DNA of 24,311 nucleotides. It comes from Tubiluchus corallicola. Its lineage: Eukaryota > Animalia > Priapulida. The position numbers and the translations under genes are program-made. The notes below the pieces were generated by a model. It did not search any database and was not told where the DNA came from. It saw nothing but the letters and a program-made list of their open reading frames with translations. The DNA lies in the NCBI GenBank assembly GCA_030141605.1, contig JAQGDQ010001819.1, positions 1-24,311 on the forward strand, read 5' to 3'. The stretch's first letter is position 1; each line of letters starts with the position of its first letter. Positions 1 through 10,253 of this stretch are shown here, one piece after another.

Positions 1-927
1 GTCTATCCAACCTGTGTCTCAGTGGTCTTTTGACTGCCGGGAACTCATTTGTGCCACCTAGTGTTTCCACTGGGGCCCAGCCTTTAGCGAGTCTATCGAT
101 TTTTTCTCGGTCCAGTTCCCGCTGCTCGTCGCTTGTCATTGCCGTCCAGTCTGTACACGATGCTACTCTTATTGGATAATATGAGTATCGTGTCTTGGCG
201 TCATTGAAGATTGAGGCCATCATGAATTTGAGCCCTTCGAAGATTTGCCCTCCGAGCCAATTCCTGATGACCCTTTCATTCCGGCTGGGAATTTGTTTCC
301 CAGCCACCAAAGCGTAAATTACCACTTCTCCGTTGGCGGTGGTTGGTGAGAAGTGGATTTGGAACTTCCTGTAACAAGACAGGAGCTTTGGTAGCAAAAA
401 GTCACCCGCATCACTGGTCTTAAAGATGGTGTATTGCGGGTCGAGTTGCGTCCACTCTGCTATGTCTTTCAGGGTGCCACTTTTGTCAATGTCAACGAAA
501 AGAACGTCGACTTTGCCTTTGTCGTCCATGTCGGGTTTCTTCGGCATCCTTATGACGTTGGTTGATCTTGCTGACACCCCTTCATGTTCGACATTGATGT
601 TAACGCGACATTTGTCACTATGGTGGCCCATGTAAATGGTTTCCCCGTACTCCGAGTTTACCAGATAAATGATTTTTCCCACCATTCCCGTTTTGTAAAG
701 GTGAACTCCGTGCTTGTTCGGGGTGAAGCAGTTAAAAACTTGACCCGATTTGTCGAAATTACCATAGTCATAGTATCTGGGATGGTCCTCACCAAACACT
801 TTGTATGGTTGCCATCTCCCAGCGTATTCTTTGTCTGGTACCCCTTTGACGTAGTTTCTGATTCTTTTTGCTTTTTCTGCGTTTTCTATTAAGTCTACGT
901 CGGGGTAGTTTGTCGTTCATCACTCAT
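1..927 (-). pseudogene. Long ORF (305 codons open from 916 to the window edge); putative FtsJ/RrmJ-fold or viral-L-type cap 2'-O-methyltransferase; likely ATG at 927 is one frameshift away
   Basis: Manual translation has no stop from 916 to 2. Motifs: MVGKIIYL..ETIYMG, GKVDVLFVDID, LDPQYTIFKT, YRKFQIHFSPTTANGEVVIYA, giving a candidate K(674-676)-D(491-493)-K(419-421)-E(326-328) tetrad. The ORF is certain; the function is inferred. Confidence 0.5.
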
Positions 928-1308
928 TCATATATATTTAGCAATATTCGTTTTAACATTTATATGCACAATATTCATTTTAACATTAATTCAAACATTT
1001 ATTGTTATGCAGCATTCAATAAAATTCAGTTGAAGCATCTGTATGCACAATTTAAACATTTATATGCACACAGCTCAAACATTAATATGATTTAAACGTT
1101 TTTTTATTAACAATTCAACGAGTTCGTATTCGACAATGTTCGACACTGTTGCGTGCAGTTCAACGAGTTCCTGGTGTTTACGCAAAGTATATTAGTGAGT
1201 TCTAGTAAGAGTTGAGTTTGCTCACATTATCCTCTGATCAACTTGGTTGTTGAAAATCGAAAGGTAACAAATAACTAATAACAAACAACCCCTTTTCTAA
1301 TTTTATAA

Positions 1309-1987
1309 TTAATCCCCTTTACTGTAATAACTGCTTGGTACAAATAACTCGATTGTCTCTTGGCAGGCAGAGCACCCAAAACAATATTGCTCCATGTTTA
1401 CCAGGAAGATATTCTTGGGTGAGTCGTTCTAAAATGCGTGCCATCCCTGGCAATGCCATAATTGAGAAAACTCTTATGAGTATAATTTCCTCCTGTAAAA
1501 AAATTTTGAGAACAAATTAGCATAATTTTATAAATAGTTCATTATGTAATTTCACGGCTATACCCGTACAAAACATTTAGTTGTTAGATATTTAAACCTA
1601 ATCTCAATCTTAAATAATGAAATGTGCAACGATAAGTATTTTTTTTAATTTTCGGAAAAGTAACCTTTTCTGTTCTAGTAGAAAATATTAAGAAAAAGTA
1701 TCAACTTACGCCATCTATAACCGATTTCCCGTGTAGTACTGTAAACTTCCATTTGTAGCGGCGTTCCGAATTGTAGCCGAGGCCCCAAATCGAGCAGCTA
1801 GACTTTCTATTCTATCCCCTAGCACTTTCATAAAACCGGCGGAAAATTCCCACTTCACAATACGAATACCTAAAACCAGCAAGTCGTTATCACTATTATG
1901 CACTATGTCTCTACATCTCCGCTGCAAAGAAATTCCCCTCTCCGCACCGTCCCTTGCAAGCGCAGATAACATATCTCTTGCGGACAT
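1309..1987 (-). pseudogene. Family A copy 1 (two exons, 1987-1710 and 1492-1309; frameshifted)
   Basis: Exon 1 ends VLHGKSVIDG|GTAAGT. Acceptor tttttacAG|GAGGAA. Exon 2 reads EEIILIRVFSIMALPGMARILERL/PKNIFLVNMEQYC, matching the other copies. Confidence 0.75.
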
Positions 1988-2032
1988 TGTTGAAGTTTTA
2001 GAATGCAAGTGATGAACATTTTACTCATAGCT

Positions 2033-2042
2033 CTTTTATATA
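2033..2042 (-). promoter_or_regulatory. TATA box of family A copy 1
   Basis: TATATAAAAG about 45 nt upstream of the ATG at 1987. A similar TATAAAAAGGG lies upstream of copy 7 (about 19114-19124). Confidence 0.55.
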
Positions 2043-2256
2043 TTAAAGCTGACCACCTTTCGGTGAATATGATATTAACAAACTGCTGTCGAAAACGTTT
2101 TCATAATCGGTTCCGTCTGCGACGTTTGTAGTGATTTTATCAAAACCTTCCAAGCTCTCACAAGGTACAAGCTCTGCAAACAGATATCGTTGAATAGATG
2201 TGGGAGAAACTGTTGTGATGAAATTTTTATTAGTAAAATAATCATCTTGATAGTGT
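2043..2256 (-). pseudogene. Family C fragment, paralog of 3126-3395
   Basis: A frame not in the ORF track reads ...DKITTNVADGTDYENVFDSSLLISYSPKGGQL*, versus DKVTTKRKTTNYENNFDSSSLISCPPKACGMN*. DNA similarity is also visible. Confidence 0.6.
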
Positions 2257-2750
2257 TAGTAATAATCACAGTTTATATTTTACAGTATTATTTAATCACA
2301 TCGTGCTTATTAATGCATATTTTGACATATCTATATAATGTTTACACCTTCTGTGCAAGGTAGATTATTTTTCGTATATATTGGACCAATATATAAAAAT
2401 TTTAATAGAACATCTTTTGCAAAAGCTTATGAAAATAATAATAATAGCTATGAACATGTATGCTGTTAGCGATGCGCTGCGGTGTGTTGAAAAGTCAACA
2501 GGATTGCTTTTTATTGGCTGGCGGCATCCTTTTTCATGTTATATCTATTGTTCACAGAAGGGTGTCTTAATAAATAATAAAATGCAAAGGAACAAATAAA
2601 TAAAGTTAAAGTTATTTATTGGAAAATATTGCTTTATTATTAGAAAATATTGCTTTTTTAAAGAACATTGATTTGGTAAAATTGTTTTATCAAAAAGCAT
2701 TGATTTGACAAAATGTTTCTCTTGGAAATTGTATTCAGTGAAAAATTCCT

Positions 2751-3120
2751 GTGTTGACTCTCTGGTTCAACTGGTTTGTGAAAATATGCATTAGTCATAT
2801 CTAAAGAGGAAAATATACTTGCTCCCTTCAATTCTTTAAACAAAGTTTCAATATTAGGCTGCGGATATGGATCAGGTATGGTCCTTGAATTAATTTGCCG
2901 TGGGTCAACACATAAACGTTTGCCACCATCTGTGGACTAATAAAATTGGAGAAGTATTGAGTATGGCTTCGCATGGTAAGGTGTGTAATCTCTCATTCTT
3001 ATTTTAAATTGAATTTCTGTGTTTCCCGGGGCGTCAATGGGATCTTCTGCAAAAACAATCTACATACTTAAGGAGTAATTGGCTGAGTCTATCTTTAATT
3101 ATGAGGTCTGAGATATTATC
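2751..3120 (-). mobile_element. pol: Ty3/gypsy pol fragment: N-terminal part of reverse transcriptase, with deletions and frameshifts
   Basis: LLLKYVDCF/AEDPIDAPGNTEIQFKIRMRDYTPYHAKPYSI, SPILLV, DGGKRLCVDPRQINSRTIPDPYPQPNIETLFKELKGASIFSSLDMTNAYFH: canonical gypsy RT domains 1-3. Confidence 0.92.
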
Positions 3121-3125
3121 TGATT

Positions 3126-3395
3126 TTAATTCATTCCACAAGCTTTCGGTGGACATGATATTAACGAACTGCTGTCAAAATTGTTTTCGTAATTGGTTGT
3201 CTTCCGTTTTGTAGTGACTTTATCTGTCTCGTTTTCATCAAGAAAATGGATTATATTGGGAGTGCTATGCAATACAACTTCTCTCTTATATGGCGTCTTT
3301 TGTAATCTGCTGTCTTTTGGTGGTTGGGGAGGGCGGGGTAAGATGAGCACTTTTTTGGATTTTGCTGCAGTTATTGTAGATAAAACCACTAACAA
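3126..3395 (-). CDS. Family C orphan ORF, unknown function (start uncertain)
   Basis: Open frame whose C-terminus is paralogous to 2043-2256. Confidence 0.5.
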   Translation of the reverse strand: MLVVLSTITAAKSKKVLILPRPPQPPKDSRLQKTPYKREVVLHSTPNIIHFLDENETDKVTTKRKTTNYENNFDSSSLISCPPKACGMN

Positions 3396-3589
3396 TATTA
3401 GTTTTATATAAACTATTAATATAGTGTTATTATGAAATTAAACACGTAGCTAGAACAATTACTTCTTGCACAAATTTCTACTAATGACCATCTGAAAAAG
3501 TCTTGTCAGACTGATCATCTTACCCCAAGAGTGTTGAACATGTACTTGGGGTAAGTTGATCAAACATGTGAGACAAATTTCTGCGTAGG

Positions 3590-3810
3590 ATTCCCAGTCC
3601 TGCCCATAGACATGGACAGTCCCATGCTTTCTTAGAATATCAATGTATTCTGAGGGCAACAGAATAGTTTCTTTCCTACGAATATCCTGTTCTATTCGCC
3701 CGAAAACACGGTCTGCGGGTAAGAAGCTGTGTCCTCTGGTGGGAAAATTGAACTCAATTTTCAAGTTTTGGAATTTCTGCTTCCTCATAGCGAAAAGCAG
3801 GATTGCGCTT
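3590..3810 (-). mobile_element. DNA transposase fragment (Sola-like)
   Basis: IEFNFPTRGHSFLPADRVFGRIE, a GHS-x3-D-x2-FG-x-IE motif typical of these transposases. The superfamily assignment is from memory. Confidence 0.7.
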
Positions 3811-4104
3811 CTTCTTGCGCCCAGTTGGCGACAACTTCGCCGGCTCATCAATTTCATCAAAATCCTCCATTGTTTCTGTACTGTAGGGCTAAATTTGAAG
3901 ACCTTTTGAAGAGATTTTAGCGTAAGGCGAGCGATTAAACAACAAACATGGGCGCTGCCATTTTGTCTGAATGGCGCGCGCTTATTGGCCGACTGGTTAT
4001 ATCGGGTTTTTTGAAAAAACGGAAGCGGTACACTTGGTTCAGTTTCGTCAGAAATGCCGTTTATCGGTTTTTGCGCCTAAACTCTTCATATTGCGATGGT
4101 CGAA

Positions 4105-4673
4105 CTAACATAGTGGCCTGCGCAGTTTATATAGTTGTTGTGTAAACTCGTCAAAGTCGCTTAGTTGGTGCTGAGGGATAGTTTGGTGTGCGAGCGACGC
4201 AAAGTTAATCAGCGTGTTTATCCATAATAATACTATACTAGGTATAGCAGATTTAAGCAGAATTATTTGGTCATTAGGAGGTAATGTTTGTAATTCGGGC
4301 TGAAGTCGTGTTGTTTGAGTCGTGATGCGGACTGCGACTGGTAATAATTGGTTTGCCATTTGACCAATAGATTTGATGCGGTTGGTAAATAAAGCTTTGA
4401 GGCAGCGTCGGCGGTTCCTTGAAGATCTTCCGAAGCGTGGTGACGTGGCTTGCAGTCCAACTGCTAAGCATTTGTTGAGTCTACAATATTGACAATATTG
4501 GTGTTTGGGGTAATTCGACATTCTCCGACGCACCCTTGTCGTGGAGACGCCTTCCTAGTGTGCTGTTGTCTATAGAAGAAATATCTACATGCACTGCACG
4601 TGAACTGTCCATAATGTCTGGTGGAGGTTGGTGCGGAGCAGACTAAACAATTTTGTGTGATGTTGCTTGGCAT
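4105..4673 (-). pseudogene. Miniature intronless nuclear receptor (C4 zinc-finger DBD plus partial LBD), one frameshift near 4500
   Basis: CLVC-x13-CSACRYFFYR; second finger ...C-VGEC-RITP/QYCQYCRLNKCLAVGL; RFGR box; LBD signature LQTLPPNDQIILLK. Confidence 0.9.
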
Positions 4674-4676
4674 GTC

Positions 4677-5039
4677 TTAAATTACACTTAAGTCCGAATT
4701 AACACAAGTATGTGGCGCGTCCATTAAGTGTTCAAAATAATTGCGGCAACGCATAAAATCATGGCAGTTTATAGAAAACAGTGTTCTTTGACTCTGATAG
4801 TCGTGATGACTATATTGTTCGAAACGTCGTTGACGGACTGCCCACATGGTTAAGTATTTATCAAAGGAAGGTTTAAAGTTAATCACATTTAACGTATATC
4901 TTCTAAGATAACTGGTGTACGGTAGATCTAGTAGAATAAATTGACTCGTTTTATAGTTGACACGATAGTAATTTTTTCGAAATGGTTGTTTTCGACATTT
5001 ATAAGTTACTAAAAGTTGAATGTTTAACTTCATTTGCAT
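4677..5039 (-). CDS. Orphan 120-aa ORF
   Basis: ATG-to-stop ORF in AT-rich DNA whose stop lies 3 nt before the nuclear receptor ATG. Confidence 0.5.
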   Translation of the reverse strand: MQMKLNIQLLVTYKCRKQPFRKNYYRVNYKTSQFILLDLPYTSYLRRYTLNVINFKPSFDKYLTMWAVRQRRFEQYSHHDYQSQRTLFSINCHDFMRCRNYFEHLMDAPHTCVNSDLSVI

Positions 5040-5444
5040 TGTTAATGTACTTCAACACAGAACAAAATTGTTAAATCTTCTTTAACACGACAATTGTTAA
5101 TGTTCCTTAACACAACACGGAAGTTCTATGAATTCTCTACATCATGTGACTAAAACTGTTCTCGTAAGTTGATCGATCGATGAAAGTTTAGCTGACTTCA
5201 CGTGCATGGCTAAGTCGTTAGATGGAGATCACATGTCTTTGCGACGATCAATCAATAGTACTCCGGCGACGGCAGTCAATAACTGTTGTGATGAAGCTGG
5301 CTGGCTTCTTTTGCACGTGGCGTAGCTAGGTTTTAAGGTTTGGGGAGGTGGAATTTTGACGAGATTTTGAGGAGAAAAGGTTATATTATCCCTTCTCGCA
5401 ATTTCAATCATTCAACATTCATTTAGTTATTTAGTCATTTTAGT

Positions 5445-5642
5445 TTATTCACATTTTCTTTCCCAAACCGCAAATAAGAGGCCAGTAATTAATATACAGA
5501 AGACGAGTAGAGTTAGGCTAATTACAATTACATACGCGCGGCGTGAGAGGAATTCTGTAGCACGGTCATTATGCAAATTAGCGCGGCTGTTAGAAGCAGA
5601 CGGTCGTGCATTCATGCTTTGAGTTAGGTGATATTTAAGCAT
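5445..5642 (-). CDS. Small single-pass membrane protein
   Basis: Hydrophobic stretch AYVIVISLTLLVFCILITGLLFAVW flanked by basic residues; TTATATAA about 30 nt upstream. Confidence 0.4.
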   Translation of the reverse strand: MLKYHLTQSMNARPSASNSRANLHNDRATEFLSRRAYVIVISLTLLVFCILITGLLFAVWERKCE

Positions 5643-5716
5643 CAGAAAATTACAGTAAGACCAAACGTTATATAAGCTAGATTGGAGAAACGTTGTTAAT
5701 GAAATTGTTCTTCAAC

Positions 5717-5732
5717 GGGGGGGGGGGGGTGT
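5717..5732 (+). other. Possible polypurine tract followed by a TG LTR start
   Basis: G13 directly followed by TGT. No matching second LTR was found. Confidence 0.3.
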
Positions 5733-5768
5733 TTTAGCGTCACAAGTACATCAGGAGGAAGTGTTATA

Positions 5769-6056
5769 TCAGTTTGTCTCTTTGTTATAAATAGTTGGTA
5801 GCAGTTTGGTTATAGTAAATTCAACATCGTCGTTCGGGTTGCAAGTCAAATCTGTCTGAACTGGTTTGTTGACGTCCTTTGTAATGTCTGTCAAGGGTGG
5901 GATTGGCGATTTAAGGAAAATGTATATTTCTTCTGGGCTTAAAGGCGTATTTGGTAGAAACGGGAATTGTAATGGAATGAAGTGGTCATCAATCTCAAAG
6001 GTGTTTGATGCAGTGGTGGTTTGAGGTGTTTCAGGTGTAAGTGTATTACGGATCAA
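5769..6056 (-). CDS. Pro/Thr-rich orphan ORF, probably the terminal part of a decayed multi-exon gene
   Basis: 95 open codons with no ATG start; an exon-like segment lies upstream at 6070-6157. Confidence 0.35.
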   Translation of the reverse strand: MIRNTLTPETPQTTTASNTFEIDDHFIPLQFPFLPNTPLSPEEIYIFLKSPIPPLTDITKDVNKPVQTDLTCNPNDDVEFTITKLLPTIYNKETN

Positions 6057-6316
6057 ATTATAATTAACCTCGTAAGGAGTCGTTGAGTCCCTGCAGGAAT
6101 TTTTCTATGCTGTCATCTAGCTTTGCCATACTCTCATCTACGTCTTGGTTATAACTCTATAATAAAACAAAAGAATAAAATAAAATAAAATAAAATGGGT
6201 TTTATGCCTCTTCGGATACATTTTCTGGTATCGTTTGCAAGGATAAACGAAATCAATGGAGTCATTGATTGGATTGTATCAAACGGTCGGTTCTGTTTTT
6301 GGTAGGAATTGAGTTG

Positions 6317-6390
6317 CCATGACCGGCCTAGTCTTTTCATCAGTTCTGCTAGGTGAAAGAGTTCCGGGGATTTGCCATAGTTGATACGAC
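6317..6390 (-). pseudogene. Family A copy 2 (C-terminal fragment)
   Basis: YQLWQIP/ELFHLAELMKRLGRSW versus IEMWQIAELFYPAILLKTLKRSW in copy 3. Confidence 0.55.
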
Positions 6391-6460
6391 GGGATAGATA
6401 ACTAATAAAATTCTTCTAATAGTATATGTATTTGACCTACCATTTATTTTGTTTTGTGTA

Positions 6461-6709
6461 CTAGTCTTCTTCTAGATCGGGTACGATCTGAAGCGAGGCC
6501 AGCCAAATTGACTCAGCCCCCTCGTACCAGGAGCGCTTTAATGTTTTCAGCAAGATTGCTGGATAGAACAGTTCCGCGATCTGCCACATTTCAATCGCAA
6601 TGCAGTAGTGCTCCCGATTTATAAGATAGACCCTCCCGGGAGCAACGTATTGGAGGATTCTTGCCATCACTGGCAGGGCGCTCATTCGACTGACCAGTAT
6701 TATGAGATT
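6461..6709 (-). pseudogene. Family A copy 3 (exon 2 only, 5' truncated)
   Basis: VSRMSALPVMARILQYVAPGRVYLINREHYC...KRSWYEG; abuts the RNase H fragment. Confidence 0.85.
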
Positions 6710-6710
6710 A

Positions 6711-6960
6711 CGGCCTACATTTCAAAAGGAAGCGTATGCCATCGTGGCTAGCTTTAGAAAGTTTAAAACATATTTATATAACGCGGTCCAAATATCGAAG
6801 TTTATACAGATCGTGCACCGTTAATTTACTTGTTTACAGCTGCTAGATTAAGGAATCAATTACTGTCTCGATGGATGGTTGAGCTATTACAGTATAATAT
6901 TAATATTCATTATCAAAAGGGCACAACAAATACAGCTGCTAAGTCGATTACCAGCATGTC
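6711..6960 (+). mobile_element. pol: Ty3/gypsy pol fragment: RNase H
   Basis: FQKEAYAIVASFRKFKTYLY / IEVYTDRAPLIYLF...LSRWMVELLQYNINIHYQKGTTNTAA / SRLP. Absent from the ORF track because of frameshifts. Confidence 0.9.
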
Positions 6961-7026
6961 CTGATTTTGAGGGAGTACAAATGTTTCATTACAATGACAC
7001 ATGTAATCTAGATACTAAGGATCGCA

Positions 7027-7420
7027 GTCTTTATTTAATTTGGTTTTTAGAGAAATAACGTTTAAAATTAATTAACAACTACATAATTCAGGAGAAAAAG
7101 AATATTAGTATTCAGTGTTTCAAAAATGTGTGTTGAGATTCACACTATATTGTTCTGATAATTTAAAAGAATATTTGTATTGAGTACTTCAGAAAAGTGT
7201 GTTGAAATTCACACTAAAGTGTGTTAAAATTCACGCTATATTGCTCTGAAAACGAAGTTCTAATTAACGGGTCCCATTAAAGCTATTAAGACGAATATTC
7301 AAAATATTAATTCAAGAGTAAAGCTAGATTAAACTCGGAACTGCTGGCCTAAATACCCGAGTTAAATAAATGTCCTGGTTAAATGTTTTATTGTTTTTTT
7401 ATCAAATGGTTCCAAAACGG
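7027..7420. repeat. RasGEF-gene 3' region, repeated at about 11294-11455 and 14225-14672
   Basis: Shared strings such as GCTAGATTAAACTCGGAACTGCT, CCGAGTT(A/G)AATAAATG, TCACACTATATTG and CAAAACGGA. Confidence 0.85.
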
Positions 7421-8038
7421 AGAAAAATCAGCAATCATAGGTTTTTCAATATATTCACGATAAGCCTTATAATTTTCATCCAGGCTTACCATTTTCTCAA
7501 ATTCTTCAAACATTGCCTTGAACTTCCTGGGCAACCTTTTCCATGCCTTTTGGAATTTTTTTACAGTGTTGTTGCAGAATCCCATGATTGTGGCAAAAAA
7601 CATGTTTAAGCCGTAAATTTTTTTGAGGTTTGATGCAATTTTCACAAGTTTTTGTATTAATTTTGTTCGTTTTCTATCCGACGGACCTAGAATCATTTCA
7701 GCAATTACCCAACTGTGCATCTGACTGAAATTTTTATAAAACAAATCAAGGTCAGGTGTTCCTTTGCCAAATTTCTCTCTGCCAAATATATTGCAAATCA
7801 GTTGCAAATCGTCAACATTCTTAAGCAACACCACATCACGTTTTGCCAACTGAAATGCTAATATTTTAGATGATAAATGGAGAAGTTGTGAGCAAGTTCC
7901 AGCTTTCGGTCCAAACTGCTCCTCAAACGGAAACAACCTGCCCACATGCTCTTTGTCTGTGTGGAAAAGACGTCCGTTTAAACTCAGCCGTGATGGAATC
8001 TCAACGTCATCTTCATCAAACACCACATTTTGCCTGGT
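7388..8038 (-). CDS. Diverged, C-terminally truncated Epac/RapGEF4-like RasGEF (CDC25) domain; probably the last exon of a decayed gene
   Basis: LSLNGRLF, EQFGP, IFGREKFG, DLDLF..F..MHSWV, LNMFFATIMG, AWKRLPRKFK, NYKAYR. Acceptor cctAG at 8040-8039; no intron within about 650 nt. Confidence 0.88.
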   Translation of the reverse strand, partial: TRQNVVFDEDDVEIPSRLSLNGRLFHTDKEHVGRLFPFEEQFGPKAGTCSQLLHLSSKILAFQLAKRDVVLLKNVDDLQLICNIFGREKFGKGTPDLDLFYKNFSQMHSWVIAEMILGPSDRKRTKLIQKLVKIASNLKKIYGLNMFFATIMGFCNNTVKKFQKAWKRLPRKFKAMFEEFEKMVSLDENYKAYREYIEKPMIADFSPFWNHLIKKQ

Positions 8039-8796
8039 CTAGGTAATGTACAAAACCAAGAGGAAAAGTTAAATTCAACACGAATTATGTTCATTCTACA
8101 TTCAGTCCGCCAGCCAAAAGCCATTTTTGGTGGACCTTGAATTTTCCGGGTAAGTTTTTTTTCAGTGGTTTAGGCCATCATTTACATATAATTTCAGTCG
8201 GCACCTTATATGTTCGATCCAGGTCCCAATTTGGTCAGACAATTTGGGTGTCTGCAATGTTTCCTTCGGGCACCCAGTACTGCTTAACATGTCCGTCGTT
8301 CAAGCCTGGTTAATTTCAAGCTAGCAACCAAAGATCGGTACGTAAACCTTTAATTCTATTTTAGCTCCTCAAAAAATTAGAAACTTACACCATCTCAGTG
8401 TTAGATATTTTTGGAACTTTGTGCAATCACACTAATTTTAGAACTTTCGCTGATGCCGTGTTACATGATAAAATATGAATCGTAAGATCAAAAGATGTGA
8501 ATAACAATGTGCAAAATTTTGTTATATGCAAGCATTTTTGCATTACAAGAAATACAAGCCATGCATCGATATTTTCCCGTCAGATGACAATGGTCACGTA
8601 CCTTACTGTTGGACAAAAGGTGTTTTTTGCAATAGCCACATTCACTAGACGCCTGAAAGTTCACTTCGTCTTGAGGAGATATGACCAGGCGCTAGTTGGC
8701 AATTGCTAAGTTCCAGTGATGGACCTGTTGTGCCAAATCATGAATATAGAGCATCAATTGTCGAGCGCAATCTTCAGCAGCAAATTCTCTACATAA

Positions 8797-10232
8797 GGCT
8801 GCCGGGCCATAGAAACTCATGCTTCATGGCTCACGCTTCATACTTCATGCTTCATGCTTCACGGCCCACTGGGCCATAGGGGCTCATGCTCTCACGCTTC
8901 ACACACGAGTCTGCGTTGCGCATTCAAAATGGAATCATCTGACGAGGAAGATTTCTTGATTTTGTTGTGTCTCAGAAGAAGGAAGCAAAAGAGACGGAGA
9001 ATATGGTGCCGGGAGCATTTTTTGCTCAGAGAATCCAGAGAATTTCAGCGGACATTTCAACACCTTGTGGACAATCCTGATGAAGAACTATTTCATAATT
9101 ATACAAGGATGTCGTACAAGACTTACAGTACATTAAAGTCCCTGGTGCTAGGACATCTGAAGCCACGCCATTCAAATTGGAGGAGGCCAATCGAAGCAGA
9201 ACAAAAGCTCGTCATAACTCTCAGGTAATTACTAGTCAAAGTATGTTTGTCAGATAAGCATGCACTGACATGACCACATAAAAAAGTAGATCTAAACACC
9301 CCCCCCCCGATAAAAAAGAAAGGCCACACAAAAATTCCAAAATGTTTTTGAAGGGTAAAATTTAATTATTTTATGTTTTTCAGATATACTGACATAACCA
9401 TATAATAAAAACAAAAACCGAAAAACGAAAATGAAAAATTTGAAAATGTTTAGGTCACAATGTCCCGTTATGTTGTTTATTCTAACTCATGAAATGAATA
9501 GTCCTCAGGATCATGAGATCTCGTGCCAGCTAGGGAGTGCTCTGATGACGAGGAGGGGGTCTGCGGAGTTTGTCCTTGGCTATGGTGGAGAGCAGTAGGA
9601 GGGTAGCAAGATGGCGATGTTAACGGTGATGTTGTGGCATTGCTGAGGGTTGATGGTGACGTCATGGCACTGCGGGTGGGTGCTGGAATTGGTGCAAAGA
9701 TATTGTGGGATGACAAATAATACTGTCTTGATTGCCCAGACAAATGTCCCTGTTCATTTTGCAAAGCATGAATGTTTTTTAACGACTGTAGCGCTTGCAG
9801 CTGGAACTCCTGGAATAGGTCCTCTCTAAGAGCATCTATCCGCGGCATGATGGACCGGAAGAAACCCATCCGTGGAGATTCTGGCTGTCTCTCCAGTTTT
9901 CTCTTCGTCAAAGACAGAATGGGATCCTCGCTTTCCTCAACTTTCCGCTTTTTCTTGTGCTTTGTTCCCCCCGGGGCACTTCCTCTGCCTTGTTCTGCCA
10001 CATCAATTTCTTGTTCTGGAACATCGACCCCATCACTCTCTACCTCAATGTTAGCCTCTTCCATAGCAGCTTGTAAAAGGTCAGGAGTTTCTTCGTCACT
10101 AGCCTCAGGCAGGTTTCCAATCGAAGATCTGTTGGCCTTGATGGCAATCAGAAAACCTATCTGCTTCAAAAACTTCCAGGGTTTAGATTTGTCCGCTCCA
10201 CTGCCCGATTTCTTCTTTGTCCTCTGCAGAGT
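8797..10232. mobile_element. PIF/Harbinger DNA transposon, internally deleted, right end missing
   Basis: TAA followed by GGCTGCCGGGCCATAG as the left end, TCATGCT subterminal repeats (8817-8900), and convergent nuclease and MADF/BESS genes. Confidence 0.85.
8929..9390 (+). pseudogene. Harbinger transposase N-terminus (exon 8929-9224, intron 9225-9383); catalytic core deleted
   Basis: RRRIWCREHF..R, FHNYTRMS...Y..L..LV, IEAEQKLVITLR|Y; AG|GTAATT...tttcAG. Confidence 0.85.
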
Positions 10233-10253
10233 GTTGCACTCTCCACTCCACAC
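9477..10253 (-). pseudogene. Harbinger MADF/BESS DNA-binding protein, N-terminal MADF domain lost
   Basis: KKSGSGAD..PWKFLKQIGFL (post-MADF motif) and BESS-like GFFRSIMPRIDAL...FQEFQLQALQSL. Confidence 0.8.

Noticed and set aside
426-892. Plus-strand ORFs of 69 and 102 aa
   Set aside because: Antisense shadows of the long minus-strand ORF. The same applies to 9772-10299, 10721-11098, 15275-15469 and 17720-17929.
5317-5410. GTGGCGTAGCTAGG MITE end
   Set aside because: Resembles the TIR at 22284, but no partner TIR or TSD is present nearby.
8854-8928. N-terminal extension of the Harbinger ORF
   Set aside because: It translates subterminal repeats; the ATG at 8929 (MESSDEE) fits the family better.
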